64,000 nt of DNA from NCBI GenBank assembly GCA_028066355.1, contig JALCBP010000003.1:69746-133745 (forward strand). The letters run 5' to 3'. A model generated the notes under the pieces. It saw only the letters and a program-made list of their open reading frames with translations. It did no database searches and was not told where the DNA came from. A program made the translations under genes and the position numbers. Positions 37,672-46,448 of this stretch are shown piece by piece. Numbering within the stretch: the first letter of the stretch is position 1; each line of letters begins with the position of its first letter. The stretch is from Pirellulales bacterium (GTDB lineage: Bacteria; Planctomycetota; Planctomycetia; Pirellulales; UBA1268).

Positions 37672-38196
37672 ATGAATAAAAAGTTTCTGTTGGGTGTTTT
37701 TTCATTGTTATTTGTGATTCCTGGATGTGGTGACGGACGTGCTACTCCGGAACAACGTATACAAAACGCTAATCCGAGTAATGTTTTTCGTCTAACGAAT
37801 CTTTACAACCAGTTCAGCCAAATTCGAAATCGTGGTCCAAAAGACGAGAAAGAGTTCCGTCTTTTCATCGAGAATTTTGGTGACAAAAGGCTAGATCGAA
37901 TGGGTGTGTCTTTAGACAATCTTGACAACCTATTCGTGAGCGAAAGAGATTCCCAAAAATTTGACATCGCATATGGAGAGAGGCCGAAACGCGAAAAGGG
38001 TGTTACGGAAGACCCGGGAGATCTGGATGAAGGAAAAACGCTGTCTCGGGAGGAGAGAGAAAAAGGTCCTTCATTGGCATCACTTGGGTTGCCAGTAATT
38101 TTTGAGACAACTGGCGTTGATGGAAAAAAGAACGTTGGCTTTCTCGGAAGCCGTGTTGTTCGTGAGCTGACAGAAGCGGAAATTAGTTCACTTTGA
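37672..38196 (+). CDS. Small lipoprotein (hypothetical)
   Basis: The ATG at 37672 is preceded by AGGGGAAAAAA. The leader MNKKFLLGVFSLLFVIPGCGDG has a lipobox. The mature part is charged and Lys/Glu-rich. The listed ORF start at 37588 overlaps the upstream gene and is less likely. Confidence 0.55.
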   Translation: MNKKFLLGVFSLLFVIPGCGDGRATPEQRIQNANPSNVFRLTNLYNQFSQIRNRGPKDEKEFRLFIENFGDKRLDRMGVSLDNLDNLFVSERDSQKFDIAYGERPKREKGVTEDPGDLDEGKTLSREEREKGPSLASLGLPVIFETTGVDGKKNVGFLGSRVVRELTEAEISSL

Positions 38197-38403
38197 ATGT
38201 GGTCTAAAAAATAGATTTCGCGTACTTGAATTCATAAGAGTGGGCTATCTGCAGATTTGTTTCTTCGTGTTTTAAAGGAAACACGTTTGAATCAAGGCAG
38301 GTTATTTGAGCTGTCAGATGTAGCCTTATTTGATGGATGCTGCATGCACAGCTGTAATTGTCGATTGTGCGCTTGTTGAGATTGTTGTTATTTGGAGTAG
38401 GTC

Positions 38404-41400
38404 ATGAGCATTGCCAATAATCAGAGATCAGAACGGTCTCCAGAAAAAATTGGTACTACCACAAATAACGAGGAACCGTATCTCAGCTATGTTTTGCCAG
38501 GAGAGACTGGTAATAGCTTTGCTAACATTAAAGCGGTAGATCAGATTCCTCCATTTCTCATGACGGTACTTAGCAGTGATGATCACTGGATGTTTCTTTA
38601 TAGTAACGGTGCAGTGACATGTGGACGGAAAAATGCAGACCATGCCTTGTTTCCGTACTACCCAGCGGATGCTCTATTGGCTCTCAAAAATGCAGTAGGG
38701 CCGAAGACGATAATTTGGGTTCATCGCGATGAAGACGTTACCTGCTGGGAACCCTTTGGAGAGCAAGAAAGTCTTTTCCATGTTGACCGTGAACTCTCCA
38801 AAAATTTGATTGGTGACAAGGTCTGTTTCCAAGAGCACAATGAAACACTTGGGTTAAGTTTCTGGTATGAGTGGTCAGTAAGCGCCCGTTATGGTTTTGT
38901 GCGCACTGCTGGAATAACGAACCATAATGAGCAGGACTGTAGAGTAACGGTCTGCGATGGTGTCCACGGAATACTGCCAGCGGGTGTTGGGCATATTTTT
39001 CAGCAGCGATACAGCAACCTCGCTGATGCATATAAACAATCTGAACTCATCCAGGGTTTAGGAGTGAGTGTTCATTCGTTGAGTTCAATACCAGTTGACC
39101 GGCCCGAAGCCAGTGAAGCTTTGCGGAGTACTGTAGCTTGGACTCCGTCGTCGAGTCCGTCAACGAAGTTTCTCCTCTCAGATGATCAAATTAATCTGTT
39201 TCGTGATGGGATGACTGTCAGGACTGAGTGCACAAAGCGTGGGGTAAAGCCAGCCTTCTACAGGGTCGACGAATATAGTTTGTCTGCTGACGAGAACATA
39301 GAATGGAATATTGTTTGTGATGTCGCTGTTGATGCTTGTGACCTTCACGATCTACGTCGCTCACTGCAGAAAGGCAATATCTCAGATGTGAGTATTAAGG
39401 ACGATATATCACAAACCAATGCTGAGTTACATGCATTTGCAGGCCGAGTTGATGGACTTCAGTACTCAGGAGACGAGGCAGAGTCTCATCGTCACCTTTC
39501 GAATGCGTTACTAAACATTATGCGAGGCGGCATTCCACTTGATGGGTACACTATACGACGGAATGATTTTTTACGGCATGTAGAAAAGCGGAATAAAGAC
39601 TGCTTTAGAGAGAACAGAAACTGGTTGGAAATACTCCCGCAATCGCTCCAAAAAAGTGAACTTCTGGATGAGTGTAGGAGGCAGAGTTGTAAAGATATTG
39701 ATCGAATTGCTACTGAGTTTTTACCTCTTACTCTAAGCAGACGTCACGGTGACCCATCAAGGCCCTGGAATAGTTTCTCTATTCCGTCGCGGAATAAAGA
39801 TGGTGAGAGACAAATCGGTTTTGAGGGCAACTGGAGAGATGTCTTTCAAAATTGGGAAGCGCTCGCCGATTCTTTTCCTCAACTACTGGAGGGAATGGTT
39901 TATCGGTTCGTAAATGCGTCCACAGTCGATGGGTATAATCCATACCGTATCCAACTTGATGGTATCGATTGGGAACAGCCTGACCCGAATGATCCTTGGG
40001 CAACGATTGGGTACTGGGGCGATCATCAAATTATTTATTTGCATCGTTTGCTCTCACGTTACAGGAACTACTTTCCAGAAAATCTCAGGCAAGATTTAAC
40101 CGCTGATCGGTGTGTGTATGTTGATGTGCCCTACCGACTCAAGCCATTTGAAGAGATTCTAAAAACGCCAGGTGATACAGTAATTTTTGACGCTGCGGCG
40201 AATGATTCGCTTCGACGGAACATACAGTCGAGTGGATCAGATGCAGTCCTTGTGAGAAACGTTGATAAGAAGATTCATTATGTGTCACTCGCCGAGAAGT
40301 TACTGCTAACATCCCTGGTGAAGGTTTCAAATTTTGTTCCCGGGGCAGGGATCTGGCTTAGTACACAGCGACCCGAGTGGAACGATGCCCTAAATGCACT
40401 TGCGGGTAAGGGCGCATCTGTTATTACGGCATGCCACTTAAAGGTTTTTCTTGAGAGACTTGATGAACTGTTTGAGGACGTGAGTGAAAAAAGTATTCGA
40501 ATCTCTTATGAAGTTTCTCAATTTCTGCAATCCATTATATCGGTTCTTGATGGTTGCAGACTGTTTTCTGGTAGAACGATAGATTCGATAACGCGTCGAT
40601 TTACTTTAGCTGGCCTACAAAAAGCTGCAGAGACTTATAGGGAAACGGTGTACAGTGGTTTCTCTGGTAAGAGAACCGATGTTGCTATAGCAGATATTCG
40701 GCGGTTCTGTCTCAGAGCGATTCATGTCCTTGAGGAGACGATACGAGGTAACCGGCGTTCGGATGGTCTTTATGAATCCTACAATTGGGTCTGTGTGGGT
40801 GATGAGGCAATTCATATTGCTCCAGTTGGGCTTATGTTAGAGGGTCAAGTAGCGATTCTGGAGTCCAATGTGCTTTGCCAAAAAGAAGTTGTTGAACTTC
40901 TGAATGCCTTGGAAAAAAGTGATCTGTATCGTCCTGACCAAGACAGTTATTTGTTGTACCCGAACCAAGCAGAAAAAAAGTTTTCTGAAAAAAATCAGAT
41001 TCCTCAAGAGTGGTTTAAAAATAATTCAATAGCACGAAGAGTGATTGATGCTGGGGGCTGTGACCTGCTCTGCCAAAACGAAGATGGGGGATTGCATTTT
41101 GCGAGTGATCTCCGAAACAATGCCGATCTGAATGCGAAGATAGACTTGTGGAATAACACAGAGAACCAGTGGGAATTTACACAAGAGGATCGCAGGCAAA
41201 TATCAAATCTTTGGGAAGCCGTCTTCCACCATGAAACTTTTTCTGGAAGAGCTACAAATTTTTATGCATATGAAGGCCTTGGAAGTATTTATTGGCACAT
41301 GGTTTCAAAGCTTGTCCACGCAGTTGCCCAACAAATTCAAACAAGACAGTTTCGAGGTGAGCCAGTAATTCCAGAACTTAAAGAACACTTCTTTAAGATT

Positions 41401-41898
41401 CGAAATGGTGTTTGGAAAAGTAAATCTGTTCGCTCGTATGGTGCCTTTCCCTCAGATCCTTATTCACATACACCAGCTCATGCAGGTGCCCAGCAACCAG
41501 GTATGACAGGACAGGTAAAAGAAGATTTACTTACACGACTACTAGAACTCGGTATTGTTATTTGTGAAGGCCGTATTTATTTTGAAAATGTAATTCTGGA
41601 TCACTCTGAATTCCAAAGCATGCCGGGGCAGTTTCAATATTACGATGTTGACGGGAATCGAGCCAGCATTGATCTTGATGCTGGATTATTTGGATTTACG
41701 TTTTGCCAGGTCCCGATAATTTACGCAACTAATGGTCGAGGCCGGGGTATTCGGATTATATCACGATCAGGCGGAGAGGTGATTCGAAACCGTATGCGTC
41801 TGACAAAGCAGGAGTCAGAGGCGATCTTCAATCGCACGGGTAACATTGTAAGAATTGATGTGGGTGTCGAGTGCCCGCAGGGTGATGGTAGAGGCTGA
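38404..41898 (+). CDS. 1164-aa leaderless protein, putative GH94-like (alpha/alpha)6 glycoside phosphorylase/hydrolase-fold enzyme
   Basis: Long uninterrupted ORF with no signal peptide. EWNDALNALAGKGASV (nt 40375-40422) resembles the catalytic DWND..N....GKGESV block of GH94 enzymes as I recall it. GNWRDVFQNWE (nt 39826-39858) resembles their RD..Q block. The ORF call is firm. The fold and function call is tentative. Confidence 0.5.
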   Translation: MSIANNQRSERSPEKIGTTTNNEEPYLSYVLPGETGNSFANIKAVDQIPPFLMTVLSSDDHWMFLYSNGAVTCGRKNADHALFPYYPADALLALKNAVGPKTIIWVHRDEDVTCWEPFGEQESLFHVDRELSKNLIGDKVCFQEHNETLGLSFWYEWSVSARYGFVRTAGITNHNEQDCRVTVCDGVHGILPAGVGHIFQQRYSNLADAYKQSELIQGLGVSVHSLSSIPVDRPEASEALRSTVAWTPSSSPSTKFLLSDDQINLFRDGMTVRTECTKRGVKPAFYRVDEYSLSADENIEWNIVCDVAVDACDLHDLRRSLQKGNISDVSIKDDISQTNAELHAFAGRVDGLQYSGDEAESHRHLSNALLNIMRGGIPLDGYTIRRNDFLRHVEKRNKDCFRENRNWLEILPQSLQKSELLDECRRQSCKDIDRIATEFLPLTLSRRHGDPSRPWNSFSIPSRNKDGERQIGFEGNWRDVFQNWEALADSFPQLLEGMVYRFVNASTVDGYNPYRIQLDGIDWEQPDPNDPWATIGYWGDHQIIYLHRLLSRYRNYFPENLRQDLTADRCVYVDVPYRLKPFEEILKTPGDTVIFDAAANDSLRRNIQSSGSDAVLVRNVDKKIHYVSLAEKLLLTSLVKVSNFVPGAGIWLSTQRPEWNDALNALAGKGASVITACHLKVFLERLDELFEDVSEKSIRISYEVSQFLQSIISVLDGCRLFSGRTIDSITRRFTLAGLQKAAETYRETVYSGFSGKRTDVAIADIRRFCLRAIHVLEETIRGNRRSDGLYESYNWVCVGDEAIHIAPVGLMLEGQVAILESNVLCQKEVVELLNALEKSDLYRPDQDSYLLYPNQAEKKFSEKNQIPQEWFKNNSIARRVIDAGGCDLLCQNEDGGLHFASDLRNNADLNAKIDLWNNTENQWEFTQEDRRQISNLWEAVFHHETFSGRATNFYAYEGLGSIYWHMVSKLVHAVAQQIQTRQFRGEPVIPELKEHFFKIRNGVWKSKSVRSYGAFPSDPYSHTPAHAGAQQPGMTGQVKEDLLTRLLELGIVICEGRIYFENVILDHSEFQSMPGQFQYYDVDGNRASIDLDAGLFGFTFCQVPIIYATNGRGRGIRIISRSGGEVIRNRMRLTKQESEAIFNRTGNIVRIDVGVECPQGDGRG

Positions 41899-41929
41899 TC
41901 ACAAAAGTTATGTTTAGCTTTTCATAAAG

Positions 41930-42442
41930 ATGAGGAATAGTGGAATGATTCAAAAATTAAACCGGATGAAACTTCGCTGGTGTGTTCTTCTCGTTCTTGT
42001 AGCAGTTCTATCAAGTGTAAAATCCGATTTGCTGGCACAAGACTTCGGTGATAGTAAATCATCGACTTTGGTGACGAAAGCTTGGGAAGCGTTGGCAGCA
42101 GGTGAGCATGACAATGTTACTGCGTACACAAAGAAGTGTTGTGAGCTCTACCAAGACGAAGCAAAAAAACAGCAGAGTTCACTCTCTGATTTTGCAGGTG
42201 GGGACGACGATAAAATTCACTCATATTGGGCTCTGAATGATGTAGGAACAATCTTATTTGTTCAAGGAGAGTCACTATCGCAGCAAGGAAAATCTTCTGA
42301 GGCAGTGGAGGCTTACAAGAGCCTTGTTGATGACTACGGGTTCTGTCAGTGCTGGGACCCTCAAGGCTGGTTTTGGAAGCCATCAGAAGCTGCAGTAGCA
42401 AAAATAAAGGAATTAGATTTTGACGCACAACTGGATGATTAG
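41930..42442 (+). CDS. Small secreted helical (TPR-like) protein
   Basis: Signal peptide (LRWCVLLVLVAVLSSVKSDLLAQ) followed by a helical repeat-like region (SSEAVEAYKSLVDDYG). The start could be 41930, 41945 or 41966. It begins 31 nt after the giant gene and overlaps the next gene by 8 nt. Confidence 0.45.
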   Translation: MRNSGMIQKLNRMKLRWCVLLVLVAVLSSVKSDLLAQDFGDSKSSTLVTKAWEALAAGEHDNVTAYTKKCCELYQDEAKKQQSSLSDFAGGDDDKIHSYWALNDVGTILFVQGESLSQQGKSSEAVEAYKSLVDDYGFCQCWDPQGWFWKPSEAAVAKIKELDFDAQLDD

Positions 42443-43781
42443 AACTCAAATAGTTAAAAGCATCCTCGACAACGTTACATTTCTGTTTCTCTGCGCTCTT
42501 GTTGCACAAACAAGTGTAGCTGCTGATGGATCACGGGTCAGGATTCGTGGCAGTGCCAAAGATGGCTACCAACTGTACGTCAATGAAGAACACTTTGTGA
42601 TCAGGGGTGTTGGTGGGACATCACATATTGAATTACTCGCTTCATGTGGTGGTAACGCGATTCGGACATGGGATGCTGCATCAGCAGAGAAGAAAGTTGA
42701 CGGTAAGTCTCTCCTCGATCATGCGTATGACAAGAATATTTTTGTCACAGTTGGATTGTGGCTTGGTCATGAACGACATGGCTTTCGTTATGACGATCCA
42801 AATTCAATTACTCAGCAACGTGATGAGGTAGTTAACGCGATAAAAAGGCTGAAGAACCACCCAGCACTGCTATGTTGGGGTTTGGGAAATGAAATGGAAG
42901 GCCCTGATGGCAAGGGAGACAGTGTTCAGATTTGGAAAGAGGTAAACACACTCGCCAGCCTCGTTAAGAAACACGATCCGGACCATCCCGTAATGACTGT
43001 GGTGGCAAATGTGAATGATGCGAAGTTAGCCGCCATAAAAAAGTATGCACCACTCATCGATATTCTTGGAGTGAATGTTTATTCCGGATCAGTTGGAATG
43101 GACAAGACTCTTCGAGATCTTGGGTGGGAAAAACCATATTGTGTGAGTGAATATGGTCCTCCTGGTCCTTGGGAGGTCGCGTCAACAACCTGGAAAGCAC
43201 CTCTAGAGCCGTCGAGCCGAAGTAAGGCATCAACCTATTTTGCTGCAACATCTTCTATCTTGGATGCGACTTCAAAAGATGGTTCGCAAGTTGGACAGAA
43301 ATACTGTCTGGGTGGTTATGCATTTTTGTGGGGGCACAAACAGGAGACAACGGCAACCTGGTTCGGCATGCTCCTTCCTACTGGTGAAAAAACACTTGTC
43401 GTCGATGCGATGACCAAAGCATGGACTGGATCATGGCCTCGAAATAGAGCACCGATTCTGCAGAGCAACAGGATCACTTTCGCCGGTAAGAGAGTAGGTC
43501 CCGGTGAAATTCTCGATGCACATGTGGAATACCGTGACCCTGACAGTGACGATTTGTCGTACATATGGGAGATCGTAAAAGAAAGTACCGATCGGAAAAT
43601 TGGAGGTGACGCTGAAAAACGGCCAGACATTATTGAGAGTCGAGTTATTGATGGCTCTGGTTCTGATCAGATACGAATTCAGGCGCCACAGAAAACGGGT
43701 GGTTATCGACTATTTGTGACTGTTCGTGATGGACATGGATCTGGTTGTAGTGAAAATTGGCCATTCTTTGTGAGTCCCTAA
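42435..43781 (+). CDS. Secreted clan GH-A-like (TIM-barrel) glycoside hydrolase with C-terminal beta-sandwich domain
   Basis: Signal peptide (FLFLCALVAQTSVAADG). LCWGLGNEMEG is a candidate acid/base NE motif and PYCVSEYGPPG a candidate nucleophile Glu. The final ~100 aa look like an Ig-like domain. The ATG at 42435 overlaps the upstream stop (ATGATTAG). Confidence 0.6.
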   Translation: MIRTQIVKSILDNVTFLFLCALVAQTSVAADGSRVRIRGSAKDGYQLYVNEEHFVIRGVGGTSHIELLASCGGNAIRTWDAASAEKKVDGKSLLDHAYDKNIFVTVGLWLGHERHGFRYDDPNSITQQRDEVVNAIKRLKNHPALLCWGLGNEMEGPDGKGDSVQIWKEVNTLASLVKKHDPDHPVMTVVANVNDAKLAAIKKYAPLIDILGVNVYSGSVGMDKTLRDLGWEKPYCVSEYGPPGPWEVASTTWKAPLEPSSRSKASTYFAATSSILDATSKDGSQVGQKYCLGGYAFLWGHKQETTATWFGMLLPTGEKTLVVDAMTKAWTGSWPRNRAPILQSNRITFAGKRVGPGEILDAHVEYRDPDSDDLSYIWEIVKESTDRKIGGDAEKRPDIIESRVIDGSGSDQIRIQAPQKTGGYRLFVTVRDGHGSGCSENWPFFVSP

Positions 43782-43958
43782 AGAGCTGTGTACCCATCCG
43801 AACATTCTTAACATGATGAGCAGATGTTCTGATGAAGAGCATGAAAGCATTGTTCCCCACGTCAGGAAACAGTTGCGATTGTTCCACGTATGCCCCGTGA
43901 CAAGTAAAAGGGCATTTGCTTTGCCACTTAATGCGCTTTCAGACGAATTAGATTGCTA

Positions 43959-43972
43959 TGAAACCGGTTCCA
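43959..43972. promoter_or_regulatory. Candidate LacI-family operator O2 (TGAAACCGGTTCCA), autoregulatory
   Basis: 13/14 symmetric palindrome sharing TGAAACCGGTT with O1. It exactly fills the 17-nt spacer between a weak TTGCTA (43953-43958) and TATTTT (43976-43981), about 110 nt upstream of the lacI-like ATG. Confidence 0.5.
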
Positions 43973-44085
43973 GTCTATTTTAGAATGACACTCAGTAACC
44001 AGATAGCGGCAAGGTTTACTTCCAAAAAGGGAGTGAAGTGAAAATCGCCTAATGAGCTTTGTGCCTGGCAATCAAGAAAATAACC

Positions 44086-45132
44086 ATGATCAATCGAGAG
44101 ACTCACCAATCGCAATCAGCAGAGACAGTGCGAGACGGTGTCACGATTGATGATATAGCAAAACGGGCGAATGTATCAAAAAGTACAGTTTCAAGAGTTT
44201 TAAATGGGACTGCTGTCGTCAATGAACAGAAACGATCTGCCGTTCATCAGGCCATCGCTGAACTAGACTACAAGCCGAATGTGTTTGCTCAGGGTCTGGC
44301 GAGTGGAAAGTCAATGACGCTTGGCATCTTGACCCAAAATATTGGTAGTCCTTTCTACGATACAATTGCCCAGGGAGCCATTGAAGGCTTAGCAGGCTCA
44401 GGCTATACCCCAATTTTTGTTGACGGAAGATGGGAGCACGCTAGAGAAGCGGCTGCAATTGAGACACTTATTTCAAGAAAAGTTGACGGATTGCTTGTTG
44501 TTGGTGGTGACATTGATGCATCAGAACTTCAGTCCTACAAAACACAACTACCACTTATTGTTGCTGCAAGAGACATAGAGGGCCTCGAAGAACAATGTGT
44601 CTCAGTCAATAACAAACAGATTGGATATCTGGCAACGAAACATCTTTTGGAACAGCGGCATACACGGATTGCATTTATTCATGGAATAGAGGGTCACCCC
44701 GATGCTCAGAATCGTTTTGTAGGTCACCTTGAAGCGATTCAAGAGGCAGGCCTCAGTTTATCTGATGAACTTGTTTATCAAGGTGACTTTAGTGGGCATG
44801 CGGGACTCATGGCCATCAATTACTTTCTTGATCAAGGCATTTGCTTTAGTGCAATAGTTGCTGCAAATGATATGGTTGCATTTGGTGCAAGACTTGCCCT
44901 CTATCGAAGGGGCATCCGAGTTCCAGATGATGTTTCTATTATAGGTTGCGACGACCAGGCGGAGGCAGCCTTTATGACGCCGCCGCTCACAACGGTGCGG
45001 CAGCCCTCGTACGAAATGGGTGTGGCTGCCTCTAAAGCCCTTATTGCCTTGATAGGCAAGAAAAACTATGAGTGGCCTGCGTTGAATCCGGAATTGCAAA
45101 TTCGTGAAAGCGTCAAGCGTTTTACAAGTTAA
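44086..45132 (+). CDS. LacI-family transcriptional repressor
   Basis: HTH VTIDDIAKRANVSKSTVSRVLNG, the hinge region, then a periplasmic-binding-protein-like sugar-binding core (PDDVSIIGCDD, LTTVRQP). The ATG at 44086 is preferred over the TTG at 44059. Confidence 0.9.
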   Translation: MINRETHQSQSAETVRDGVTIDDIAKRANVSKSTVSRVLNGTAVVNEQKRSAVHQAIAELDYKPNVFAQGLASGKSMTLGILTQNIGSPFYDTIAQGAIEGLAGSGYTPIFVDGRWEHAREAAAIETLISRKVDGLLVVGGDIDASELQSYKTQLPLIVAARDIEGLEEQCVSVNNKQIGYLATKHLLEQRHTRIAFIHGIEGHPDAQNRFVGHLEAIQEAGLSLSDELVYQGDFSGHAGLMAINYFLDQGICFSAIVAANDMVAFGARLALYRRGIRVPDDVSIIGCDDQAEAAFMTPPLTTVRQPSYEMGVAASKALIALIGKKNYEWPALNPELQIRESVKRFTS

Positions 45133-45173
45133 CAGTCCACTGATTTCTGTATTAGCAGATGCTCTTTCACGCT

Positions 45174-46448
45174 TTACTCTTTCAAATCAAAGAGTCGCCT
45201 TAACGCTTCAAGGAGTCCGTGAGGTGGCCCAGCCTTACTTTCACTTCGTAAGGAAGCCATAGGAGGATGGAGCATTTTCGCTGCATACCTTTCGAACGAC
45301 TGTCGTATTTCTTGCCGACTATTTGAATCAAGTTTTGGAAGCTTTCGAAAAAGTCGATCAAGTTCTGCTTCACCTGTTTCATTCCATCCTGCTCGTAGTT
45401 GTTCAATGACCGGAGCAGTTGACCGATGATGCATGTCGCCCATGAACCGACGAGTTTCTTCATCAACAATTGTGAGTGCTGCAGGAAGTTGCTTTTGTCT
45501 TCTGCGTCGATTGGAATCGCAGGCCTGACCAAGGTCATCAATTGAGTAAAGCCAAACTCCAGGCTGGGTGCCGATGCGTGAATCGAAGTCTCGAGGAACC
45601 GCAAGGTCAAGAACAACAAGGGGGCGTCCCTCTCTCTGATCTTGAATTTTTTGGAAGAGGTCTAGCGTGACTACGGGTTCTGTGGCACCAGTCGTACTCA
45701 CAACAAGATCTGCATTTACAAGTTCATGAGACATGTTGTCGAAATCACCAATTTGAGCTTCAAGTCGTTGTGCCAGACTGTGAGCCCGCTTCATGGAGCG
45801 ATTAATAATTCGAATGTTCTGTGACCCGGCGTCACGAAGATAACGAAGGGTTTCAGCCGCCATTTTGCCGGCACCAATGAGAAGTACCTGTTTGTCATCA
45901 AATCGTTCAAACACACCACTGGCAAAATCAGCGACCGCGATACTTGGGATTGATAAACGTTCTCGTCCGACAGCTGTTTCAGTTGTTACGCGTTTTGCAG
46001 CTCGTAAGGCGGCCTGAAAGAGTTCTCCAGTAAGAGGACCAGTTGTTCCACTATTTTGAGCAAGCTGCCATGCCTGTTTGACTTGTGCAACTATCTGAGG
46101 CTCACCAAGAACCATGCTGTCGAGTCCTGCTGCAACACAAAATAAGTGCTTCACAGCAGCCGATCCTTGCTCTCCACCAAGAACTTTTCCGGCATTGATA
46201 GGATCGACACCTCGGCATTCTGCTAAAAACATCGCTAATTCATCTGGTGGAGGTGGCCCTCGGCGTTCCTCGTCGGCAGCGTACAACTCAATGCGATTGC
46301 AGGTTGACAAAAGGACCGCTTCACTTCCGGGGAACTGCTTCCGAAAGCGAACCAGTGCCTCGGTTGCTTGCTCTGATGAAAAAGCCAGTTTTTCACGTAG
46401 CTCAATTGGGACAGTACGGTGACTTCCTCCTGCGAAGGCGAGGCTCAT
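45174..46448 (-). CDS. hemA: Glutamyl-tRNA reductase
   Basis: SLAFAGGSHRTVPIELREKLAF, LSTCNRIELY (catalytic Cys) and LLIGAGKMAAET (NADPH fold). The ATG at 46448 overlaps the upstream stop as ATGA. The listed longer ORF start at 46535 lies inside the upstream gene. Confidence 0.9.
   Translation of the reverse strand: MSLAFAGGSHRTVPIELREKLAFSSEQATEALVRFRKQFPGSEAVLLSTCNRIELYAADEERRGPPPPDELAMFLAECRGVDPINAGKVLGGEQGSAAVKHLFCVAAGLDSMVLGEPQIVAQVKQAWQLAQNSGTTGPLTGELFQAALRAAKRVTTETAVGRERLSIPSIAVADFASGVFERFDDKQVLLIGAGKMAAETLRYLRDAGSQNIRIINRSMKRAHSLAQRLEAQIGDFDNMSHELVNADLVVSTTGATEPVVTLDLFQKIQDQREGRPLVVLDLAVPRDFDSRIGTQPGVWLYSIDDLGQACDSNRRRRQKQLPAALTIVDEETRRFMGDMHHRSTAPVIEQLRAGWNETGEAELDRLFRKLPKLDSNSRQEIRQSFERYAAKMLHPPMASLRSESKAGPPHGLLEALRRLFDLKE

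Noticed and set aside
38266-38290. CGTGTTT-TAAAGG-AAACACG hairpin after the lipoprotein gene, considered as a terminator or a third LacI operator
   Set aside because: The stem is AT-rich and only 7 bp, with a short TTT tail, so it is marginal as a terminator. As an operator it matches the TGAAACCGGTTTCA palindrome at only about 10/14 and lacks proper symmetry.
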